A stretch of DNA of 63,974 nt, the filler included. It is 10 parts of 10 records of this genome, joined end to end, with 100 filler letters (N's around TTAATTAATTAA, not from the genome) between each part and the next. Parts side by side here need not be neighbours in the genome. Positions count along the whole stretch, not along the records: positions 42,740 to 47,063 come from SRR7504441_170; positions 47,164 to 51,867 come from SRR7504441_174; positions 51,968 to 60,791 come from SRR7504441_177; 7 more parts are not named here. The stretch is one strand, 5' to 3'. The position numbers were made by a program, and so were the translations under genes. Every line of letters begins with the position of its first letter. Position 1 is the first letter of the stretch. The notes beneath the pieces were generated by a model that saw only the letters and a program-made list of their open reading frames with translations, made no database searches and was not told where the DNA came from. Positions 42,853-52,573 of this stretch are shown here, piece after piece.

Positions 42853-45800
42853 GTGTACGCAGTGTGCGTCTGGATTGCGATCGCTGTAGCAGAGACACCT
42901 GCTTTCAGCTTACGCAACCCGATCATCCATGCGGACTTTGACTCCCGTGCCTCGCTGATCGGGATATCTGACGTCGCTCAGAAGCAGACGCACAGGCTAT
43001 CCGGCGACGGCTGGCTGTTCGAGCTGGGCGATTTGCCGTCGCCCACTGGTGTTGCCGTGCGCAAGGATGCGCAGGCTGTTGTCAACGGCAGCTGTCCGAC
43101 ACTGCCCGCCCCTCCCCCGATGACCACTGTGGAGCAATGCGCATGGCGGTGCATGGCCACCGAAGGATGCGAGGCTTGGACGGCTTCCTTCGATACGTGG
43201 GTGACCTGGGGACGGCCCAGGCTCGAATGCCGGCTTCACTCGTGCGCTGGCCCCTTCACGCCTACGGACCCGACCACTCGCACCTCCGCTGGCCTGAAAC
43301 CAGCCACGGAGCCTCTTCCGCTGACCCCTGGGTCTTGCACTGGCCTCTCGGTATCCAAGCCGACCAGCACGACTCTGGAGGCGATCCACAGTGGCTGCCA
43401 GGGCTATAGAGTGAATGTTACCTACGAGCTGGACCCAGATTGGCACTTTGTCACCAAACACCTTTCGATCTGTGCTCAGGCGGTACACAGTGGCTGCCAG
43501 CAGACAGCAGGCTTTACGGTACGGCACGTGACAGTGTGGCCGGGTGTGCAGCTGCCATCAGAGTTCGCTCTTGGCGCCATGGCGATGAATCCCTTTTCCC
43601 GTAAAGACAGCTGGGGCGAGACCATGCCAAGGGGCAGTGGAGAGACAGCGAGCTTCTGGCGATCTGACAGCGGGGCTGGGCTGTTTGCTACGATCCAGAA
43701 TAGCTTTTTTGAGTCGAGCGAAGGGTTTGGGGCTTTCCACTGGGGTTGGGATGATGCAAGATGGGCCTACGTCAACTATGGCGCATGGCTACTGGGTGCT
43801 GCAATTGTTGACACCAGCAACTTTCACCCAGCCCATGTGGATGGCACTCTCAATATCCGAGGACAGACGGCCAAGGGCGGCAACGATGTGGCGCTGCTCT
43901 CGGGGGGATCTTGCAATCTCGACAGTGCAGTGTCAATTGCAGTGACGCTTGTGGAGGGCCAGGCCACAAACAAACCAGCTGCTGCTCCGCTTGCGAGCGG
44001 CTATGCCGGCATCGTGTTTGGCGCGACTGCTCACAGCGCGACAGCAACAGCTTCCGCCTCGGTAGACGGGCTTGCTGCAGTTGTCACGCTTTTCCAGGGA
44101 AAGCAGTATGCGCGCTTTATCAGCCTGGCGGGAGCAGCGGAGAATCTGGATGCTGCAGAGGTGCTGGCAGAGGCAGCTCTAAATGTGTCTTCAATAGCCC
44201 CGCTCAGGATGAATGTGGAACTGCCCGCACGCCTGGCTGACCTCGCCAGCCTGAGCATCGACGGCTCAGTTGTGCTTCGGGCAAATCTGTCCGCATTTAA
44301 AAAGGCTGGCTCCGGAATCGGGCTTGTCGTGCTCCAGCAGGATGCCAGCTTTTTCGACTTCCGCAGCTCTGCCTCCCCGAGCCGTGGCTCACCAGTGCAG
44401 CCCGTCTCTCCAGCGATTCATGGGCAGTACTCTCCCATGATGAAGCAAGATCCTTTGCTGGGTGCGTGGCACCAGGCAGACTCAGGTGTGTTGGGGCTGA
44501 CGCAGCGCACTGGGTATGAACTTCCAGAGAGCGGAATAGACCTTGGGGAGAGTCAGGCTTTTACCCGCTGCGTTGAGTACTTTCTGATGGACAAGCAGAT
44601 GCGCGAGTCAGGCGCATTGAGGTACCAAGTTGCCTGGGATAGCAACGAATATCAGCTAGACATGAGCAGGCAGGCAGACCGCACCCAGTACAAGCGCCTC
44701 ATCCAGCGCAACTCTGAGCTTGGAATCAAGTACATGGTGTTTGAGCCACGCAACACAGCCGTCTCGTCGCGATGGGACCATACCGATGAATGGTGGTGGG
44801 AGGAGGTGCTCTGGTTCCAGCTTGGCATCGGCATCCGGAATGGCAGCTGGGCTCCTGGCCGCAATCCACTGCCCCCCACCGTTGCTGAGATGCTAGACTA
44901 TTTCCAGAGCTCTGGCGTCGGACCTGCTGCATATGTCTATCCGACATTGGCCTGGACTGGCGAAGGTGAGGAGGAATGGCTGTATGAGTCTCCACAGCGC
45001 GAGGCCGGGGATGGGCGCAGGGCTTCACTCGCCTCTCCGAAGCTACAAAACTATCTCATCGACACGATGGCCCGATTTCTCAACGTGACTGGCGGTTCTG
45101 GGTTCGCCTGGGACTATGGGATTCAAGGCGACACGCGTGTGGCTAACTTGTACCAGGAGGTGCGAGGCTGGCTTCGTGTCCTTGCCGCTCTGCGAAAGGC
45201 TAAACCGGACATTGTTATGGACCACCGCCAGATTGCGCACCAATTTGGTCCTTGGTATCATCTCGCAGGTATCATCCTGCAGCCAGCAGCCAGCTTATCG
45301 GTATTGCAGGCTCATACAGCGAGCCAATCGCGGGTGATGAAAATCCGGAATCCTACGGGGCCACCCTTGCCTCGCTGTCAACAGATCATATATTAGCTGA
45401 CAACTTACGACTGACCAACTACCGATACAGGCACTCTCGACCACTGCTCCACATGTCTGCTTTCACCCTTATTGACTCTTTTTGTTTGCCGTAGGTTGCA
45501 GCTCCTTCCAAACGATCGTGTGCCTGGTTTCATGTTCCACCAAACCGAGCGTCACTATGACAATGGAACTGGTGACGACTCAAATGGACGCCCTGGAGAC
45601 AAGATAGATAGCAACGGGAACGTGCTGTGGAAACCGGTGACAACAGTAGACTCTAGTCACAGCATTTACTTCTTGCTGGTGTGTAGGACCCTATTCCAGA
45701 CCCACATACAGGCAACTACTCTGGAGTCACATATGGAAACTGCGTCGTGCAGCACCAGCTACACACCAGGGACTTTGATTACCTCGGCTTTCGATACTCT

Positions 45801-47037
45801 GTCATCTCCACTATTGGCACTGCAGGGCGCAACTTGGTTGTAGCTAATGTGCCAGCTAGGGATATTGCAGAGTACCAAGCATTCCCTGAGGACGATATTG
45901 CCTGGATCCGCAAGTGGTTTGATTGGGCGGATGATAACGCTGCGGCTCTTCGCCAGACGATGCCATTGATAGGCTATGAGTGGCCACGCCTTGGACGTAT
46001 CGATGGGACTGTGGCAGTGGTAAACAACTCCGGGTTTGTATTTCTATACAACCCTGGCCCTGACAGTGTCTCAGTAGTTCTCACACTCGACCAGTCTCTT
46101 AATCTACGTGCTGGTAGCGATTCCAGATGGCTGATTTCGGAGATTTATCCGCAGGAGAGAGGAGTACCCCTTGGAATATGGCTATGGAAAGATGTGATAG
46201 AACTTAGTCTGACCGGTGGTGCGGCCCGAATCATCAAGCTTGTGCCTTGGAAGGGGTCTCCGATGCCGATTGCTTTTAATATCTCATGCGGGTCTGTGAG
46301 AGCGACTGAGACGGATGTTGTGATCTCGGATGCATCAGCGCTGGCAGGCAGCTCAGTAGACATTGTTGTCCGCGTGCCACAGCATCACTCGGCTACAGGC
46401 TTGATTGTGAACAATCGGCCCGTGAATGTGACCTCCAGACCGTGCTTTGTGGCTCAGGGGAGGTGCTTAATTGCGAGCGTAAAGTTCGGAGGCTCCGCAA
46501 GCCTTCGTTACAATGCAATGGCTGGACAGCTCAAAAAGATGCAAGATGGTGCATATACTACAGTCATTACAGTCACTTCAGCCATGTTGGCACAATTGCG
46601 CGAGCGACAAGCCCGGTACAACCTTCCCATAAGCAAGACTGAATGCTGACAGGTATAACATCACATGGGTGGAGTCAGATTTGGATGCCTCGTGGCTAGC
46701 CCCAAATCGCTTGCTGCTCTATTTGTACTTTGCAAGGCCAACTCCGAGCTTGGGCCGACCATTAGTTAATCTAGACGGTAAGCGAGCCACGGTCGTTCAG
46801 CAGTACAACTCGCGAGGAAACCACGCTGTCGTACCAGCTGGCGGGGGAGCGGTAAGCGGCGACACAGCCAAAACTTTCCTTGGGTGGTACGTGGATTGCT
46901 CGGAGCTAAAGCCTGATGTACCGCACCGGATTTCCGTCAAGCTTTCGTGGTCAGACGAGCAGCTCGCCGCGCATCCATTCTTCGGTATTTATTGGCATAA
47001 TGTTGAGGATGGTCTCAGCAATGATCTTGTATCTTGA
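42853..47037 (+). CDS. Large (~1300 aa) probably secreted uncharacterised protein; PAN/apple-like insert, beta-rich domains, putative glycoside-hydrolase-like barrel; multi-exon; start codon not evident
   Basis: Consecutive ORFs joined by short introns (GC-AG at 45431-45494). Cys pattern TTVEQCAWRCMATEGCEAWT...CRL. Core motifs AWDSNEYQLD, WWWEEVLWFQLG, AYVYP, GFAWDY and IVMDHRQ. Confidence 0.65.
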
Positions 47038-47063
47038 GGCTACAATCATGATTGTAGCCTCAA

Positions 47064-47163
47064 NNNNNNNNNNNNNNNNNNNNNNNNNNNNNNNNNNNNN
47101 NNNNNNNTTAATTAATTAANNNNNNNNNNNNNNNNNNNNNNNNNNNNNNNNNNNNNNNNNNNN
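47064..47163. other. Artificial contig linker
   Basis: 44N-TTAATTAATTAA-44N. Confidence 0.99.
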
Positions 47164-47285
47164 TAGTACAAGTATTTTGTTAAACCACTCTAAACTAACT
47201 CTAAACCACTCCGATCGCACATGCACGGTGGTCGTCAAAGCCGCCTCCAGGTGACCACGTACTCGACGCACTCGAGTATCTTACA

Positions 47286-48686
47286 TCAGCGGCGTTGCGC
47301 CGACTCCGTCTGCCATCCGGCTAACTGTTTACGCAGCTCAGAGGCCTCCAGCTGCAGTGACACTAATTCAGAACTCATCCCGGCCACATCCTCAGCACCC
47401 TCGGAGCCAGCTTTGGAGGACCTGTCCTCTTGACCGCATGTTGCCTCTGCTGCTTCAGACCCCCCCCGCTGCATTGCCCTTGCGCGTTGATCTTTCAGCG
47501 CGGAAAACCGAAACTGGGGCACAGTCTCACGGGCTCGCTGTGTGTCTCGTTGCTCGACCTGATGGCTGCCCAAGGCCCTGCTGGTCTTTGCCTTATGCAA
47601 CTCAGCCTCTCTGCACGCCCTATCAAACTCGGCCTTCAGCTCCGTCGCTGGATCTTTTGCGTCGGCTACAGCCGCCCTCCCGTCATGCTCGTCCCTCTCT
47701 GCCATGTCCCTGCTAGACGGTCCGCTATTCGACCTCATGTCCGACTGCAACTGCTCCACCGCCGCTTGGCTCTCCTTTAGCTGGCGCCGCACTTCCTCCA
47801 GCTCGGCCTCACTGGCCTCCTGCTGGGCTCGAAACTCTCTGTACCGCTTCCCTGCAGCTGACTGTACCTGCTTGAGTTGACTTCTCAGCTCGTCCAGCTC
47901 CGCCCGCTCGCCCGCCTCCAGCTCGCTCGGCCGCACTTCCGCTGGCTCCGTAGCCTCTGATTCCGCTGACAAGCCCTCGGCCTGCTTGCTTGCCCCTTCC
48001 AGCCGCTGCCGCAGCTCAGCTATCTGCGTCTGCTGGAGCGCCACAGTCGCCGCCTGCGCCTCCAGCCTCTGCTCGAGCTGGGCCTCCCGCTGCCTAGCCG
48101 CCGCGTCCATCAGCTTGAGCGCGCGCGCCTCCTGCATCTCGTGCCGGGTGTCGATCTGCTCCAGCTGCTGGTTCAGCTCGCCGATCTCGCTGTCCTTGGC
48201 CTGTTCCATCAGCCGCGCCTCCGCCTCCACCTGCTCCATTCGCTGCCTGAGCCCCGCCAGCTCCGCCGTCAGCTCCGCCGTCAGCTCCGCCTCCCCGGGC
48301 TTCGCCGGCAGCTCGTCCAGCTTGATGGTCACGTGCGGCGCCGGCGGCTGGTCGCCGGGCGGCGAGGCCTGCGCGGCGGCCAGCTGGAGCTGCAGGGCCT
48401 CCAGTTGGAGCGCGTGACTCTGTTGGAGCTCGGCCTGCTCCTGCCGACTCCGGAGCAGCTCGGCCCGCGTCTCTAGCAACTCGGCTCTCGTCTGGACCAG
48501 CGATTTGATCGTGGCAGCCGCCGGCTGGCTGGGAGGCTGGGAGGCTGGCGCGGCTGGCTCCGGCCCCGCGCGCTGGCTGGGCGGCCCGAAGCTGCTGGCG
48601 AGCTGGGTGAGCAGCGCCGCCTTTGACGAGGCGGTCCGCAGCTTCCGGTCCCACCAAGCCCTCCGGTCGCCCCCGCCCGCCCGCAT
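47286..48686 (-). CDS. Long coiled-coil protein
   Basis: ORF of ~470 aa rich in E/Q/L/A heptads; first in-frame ATG at 48686. Confidence 0.7.
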   Translation of the reverse strand: MRAGGGDRRAWWDRKLRTASSKAALLTQLASSFGPPSQRAGPEPAAPASQPPSQPAAATIKSLVQTRAELLETRAELLRSRQEQAELQQSHALQLEALQLQLAAAQASPPGDQPPAPHVTIKLDELPAKPGEAELTAELTAELAGLRQRMEQVEAEARLMEQAKDSEIGELNQQLEQIDTRHEMQEARALKLMDAAARQREAQLEQRLEAQAATVALQQTQIAELRQRLEGASKQAEGLSAESEATEPAEVRPSELEAGERAELDELRSQLKQVQSAAGKRYREFRAQQEASEAELEEVRRQLKESQAAVEQLQSDMRSNSGPSSRDMAERDEHDGRAAVADAKDPATELKAEFDRACREAELHKAKTSRALGSHQVEQRDTQRARETVPQFRFSALKDQRARAMQRGGSEAAEATCGQEDRSSKAGSEGAEDVAGMSSELVSLQLEASELRKQLAGWQTESAQRR

Positions 48687-48739
48687 CTGGCCGATGTGCC
48701 TTCGGTTGGCCACCAGCTGCAGTGACCGACTGACCGGCC

Positions 48740-51590
48740 ATGGAGGCTACAGCGAAAAAGCCGAGTTTGGCGGAGCTGGACGACGCGAGCTACTACAGGC
48801 GCCGGGCTGGAGGCCGGCCGGGCCGATCCGGGGCAGCTACATGCTGAGCAAGACCGAGGCCCCGGTCCGGCGGCAGTTCCTGAGTCACGACCCGATTACT
48901 GGCCAGTCGCTGATCCCGCAGCCGGCTCCGGGCAGCAAGCGGCCGCACCAGGGTGCCCCTCGGTCACGCCACCCCCGAGTGGTGCCAGATCTGGACTCGG
49001 GCCTGGCTCGGAAGAGCCACCGTGAGGAGCTGAAGAGCGAGCGGCGTCAGCCGATGGTCCAGATCGAGAAGCTGGCCGCGCGCGAGGGCGAAGTGGCCGG
49101 CGGCTGGTGGCCCGGCCAGCGGGGGGCAGGCCTGCCGGGCCGGGCGGGACGATGAGGTCAACTACTTGGAGAAAGAGGTGTGCCGGTTGGGGCCGGGGCT
49201 GCGGAGAGCTCGGGCAGATGATGGTAGGGCTGCGCAAAAAGCTGTACAAGTGCCGGCCCGGGGGCTGTGCACGGCCGAGCGGTGGGCTGGCAGCTTCAAG
49301 AAAGCGGCCGCGGCGCACCAGAAGTTTGGAATCCAAATTGCCAAGAAAGTCGTCCCCGACAAGTTCAAGGAATCCGACTTCAACCACCAGCGGTGCCCGA
49401 ACCATTTTCTGGGGGCTGACCGCGGCCAGGCGGATGGCCTGGAGTGCGGCCATCTCGCGGGCCAAGTCGGACGTGCCCGAGGTGTGCGCTGCCGCTGCTG
49501 CGAGGGCGATCCCGGCCGCAGGTGCAGCAGCACTTGGACAAGATGGCAGGGTATCAGACGAGCCAAGCCGGTCTGAGCCGCCGACAGGTTTGACGACATT
49601 CCAAAGCGGCGGAAGAAGTTTGTAAACTACATGCGCACTCGGCTCAAGGTGACAGACCAGGCTGTTGTCGAGCAGGTGGTCGGTGCACTGTTCGGCTTAT
49701 GAGCTAACGCAGGTTTGGTCGGTTCTGGAGCCGCTCAGGGCGCCTGACCGGGCCGCGCCAGCCAGCGAGGAGCCCGCTGCCCCAGCCGAGGACGCGCCAG
49801 CCAGCGAGGAACCCGCTGCCCCAGCCGAGGACGCACCAGTCAGCGAGGAGGCTGCTGAGGCAGCCGCGCCGGCCAAGAAACCTGCGGTAGGTTGGCTGCG
49901 GCTGCGGTGCAAGCGGATGCGGCAGGTGGGCAAGGGCATGCTCGAGCTGCCGGCTCGTGGGCGGGAGAAGAAGCAGATGGACTTCCACGGCAAGCTGTAC
50001 CTAGCGCCGCTCACCACTACCGGTTAGCCCAGCCTGCCCGGCCGCGGCCTATGCGGGCGAACAGGCAACATGCCCTTCCGGAGAGTCTGCAAGGTCCACT
50101 GGATCGGATAGCTAGCCAGCTATAAGCGGCGGATGGCAGGACCTCGGAGTTGACATCACCTGTGGCGAAATGGCCATGGCCCAGAACCTGCTCACTGGCC
50201 AGGTCCGGCTTGGCACGATCTCAGCCCGATTTGGTGTGCCAGCCGAGCGAATGGGCCCTGCTGCGGCGGCACAAGTGCGAGGACCTGTTCGGAGTGCAGG
50301 CGAGCTCCTGTCGGCCCCGCACTGGCGATGTGGGGCAGATTGCGGGTGGGCACTCGGACGTGATGGCGCCAACGATGGAACTGCTTGACAACCAGTGTGA
50401 TCTGGTACGCCCAACCTGGAAGCCTGCTGAGCAACCGCAGGATTTTGTGGACATCAATTGTGGCTGCCCGATCGACCTCGTCTGCAAGAAGGCGACTGGC
50501 ATCGTCCGCTGAGCTGAGCCAGGCTCAGGGCGCTGGCTCGTCGCTTTTGCTCCCAAGCAACCAAAAGAAGTTTGAGAATGTTGTGAGAACATGCTCGTCG
50601 GTGCTCTCCTGCCCACTCACCATCAAGCTTCGGACTGGGTAAGAGCCTCGCAGCGAAGCCCCGACTGAACATGACTAGTTATACCGAGCATAGCAACACA
50701 GCGCACGGGCTGATTCCAAAGCTGATTGACTGGGGTGCTGCTGCTATCACGCTGCACGGGCGAACGCGCACTCAGCGATATTCAAAGCTGGCAGATTGGG
50801 AATATATTCACCGGTCAGCCGCCTGCTGTGGCCGTCTACTCAACTGGAGGGCAGAGCGGCTGCAATATCATCAGTGCCTCTGTTGGGCAATGGGGACATT
50901 TACACATATGCAGACTACCAAGCAGCGATGGGTGGGGGCAATGCGAGCCTGGACGGCGAGGAGACTGCGGGCACTGACGGCCTAAGCCCCTGGCGAGGGC
51001 GAGGCGCAGGTGTGGCGTCGGTGATGATTGGACGTGGCGCGCTGATAAAGCCGTGGCTGTTCACTGAGATCAAGGAGCGACGACACTGGGACATCTCGGC
51101 GCAGGTGGCCGATTGGACGCAATGCGTGACAGGCGGTATGTATAGGAACGGCTGGACTACTTTGGACGGTTTGTGAAATACGGACTCGAGCACTGGGGCT
51201 CAGACGAGAAGGGTGTGGCGACCACCCGGCGGTATCTTCTGGAGTGGATGTCCTTTACTCACAGGTGCGATTTGTGTGCTAAGGTGTATGCCTGATGTGA
51301 GGGCGCAGGTACATCCCTGTCGGAATTCTTGGGATTGAGGCCGCCAGAATCAATTGGCGGCCACCCAGGTTTGTAGGCCGTTCTGACCTCGAGACTATGC
51401 TCGCCAGCAGCCAGGTTGCAGCTCATCGGCCCCCACCCGACGGATGGTCTGACAGGTGGAAGACTGGCTGCAAGTGTCTGAGTTGGCTGGACTGCCGGCT
51501 GTTGACAAAGGGCAATTCGAATTCAAACCCAAGCACAACTCATATTCTTATGACCGCAAACGCGAGACCTCGCACGAGGTACAAGGTTGA
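48740..51590 (+). CDS. DUS3L: tRNA-dihydrouridine(47) synthase DUS3-like; many short introns; LYAR-like insert; CCCH fingers not seen
   Basis: [112 protein letters not shown] and [10 protein letters not shown]. Confidence 0.93.
49755..49850 (+). repeat. 39-bp coding tandem repeat ([13 protein letters not shown], ~2.5 copies) inside DUS3L
   Basis: Near-identical units at 49755-49793 and 49794-49832. Confidence 0.85.
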
Positions 51591-51867
51591 TGCAAGTAAT
51601 TTGTCGCGAGTGAGACAAGCAGTTACATGGTGACAACACAGAGTTTCCAATGGCTGGGTGCCCTCATGGGGTACTCGTGGGGGGTTGTACATGTAAGTAT
51701 GATTATAGGTACGCAGTAGCTAGCAGTAGCCTACAGTAGCCGTTGGTTAATTGTTAGAGTTGATGCGAAAAGGCAGCAAAAACTGATAACAAAAAGGTCG
51801 GCGGTTACATCATTGTAGTCGATTATTAATCGATTGATTAATTCGCATAAAAGGACGGATCGCACCA

Positions 51868-51967
51868 NNNNNNNNNNNNNNNNNNNNNNNNNNNNNNNNN
51901 NNNNNNNNNNNTTAATTAATTAANNNNNNNNNNNNNNNNNNNNNNNNNNNNNNNNNNNNNNNNNNNN
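51868..51967. other. Artificial contig linker
   Basis: 44N-TTAATTAATTAA-44N. Confidence 0.99.
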
Positions 51968-52166
51968 TCTAGGGCTCATTCAGATGCCGGAGAGACACGA
52001 GAGCACCAATAAGCGGGCTTCGGATCAGACGAATCAGACAGTAGGTGAGCCAGCCAGGCCTAGGAGCATTCCGTCGAGATTACAACCGGGAGACGAGGAG
52101 GATGAAGTCAAACTCCCACGAATTGAAGAGAAGGATGAAGCTTGTAAAGGATGCATAATGATGTGA
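51968..52166 (+). CDS. 3' fragment of a protein ending in a CaaX prenylation motif
   Basis: ...EEKDEACKGCIMM-stop. Confidence 0.55.
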
Positions 52167-52573
52167 TATGTACAGATACGTAAGCAGATCACGTGATAAT
52201 TTACTGGTATAATGAGCTCGTTTAGTGCACGAAGCAATTAGCTGTAAGCACACCGAGCCTATGACATGTGCCTAACATGTGCCGGGCCCCACTCGGCGCA
52301 CATTAATGAATCTATACTACTCGTACGAGTAGTTGGTACGGTGAAGAACTTTACGACCATCTACTTGGTGCGTGTAGAACTTTACGGTACTTGAATAGGC
52401 ACCGTACCAGGTACTGTACTCGTGATCATGAGCGCTCAGTAGCTTCATGATCGCATGATCATGCGGGGATTGCGGGCCTTCATCATCACCAGCGTTCGAA
52501 ACCTTGCTCAAGACTCGTGAGTGGACAGTTCCCTTGTGTGATGAATTGAACACGATGTCGTAGCACGGTGGAC

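Noticed and set aside
48739-48742. Overlapping start codons of two divergent genes in one CATG palindrome
   Set aside because: The minus-strand ATG at 48741 is not in the frame of the coiled-coil ORF (first in-frame ATG 48686). Joining them would need an implausibly short intron.
900-51460. Introner-like mobile introns
   Set aside because: The short introns I traced share only splice signals and GC richness. I saw no repeated intron sequence, terminal inverted repeats or target-site duplications by eye.
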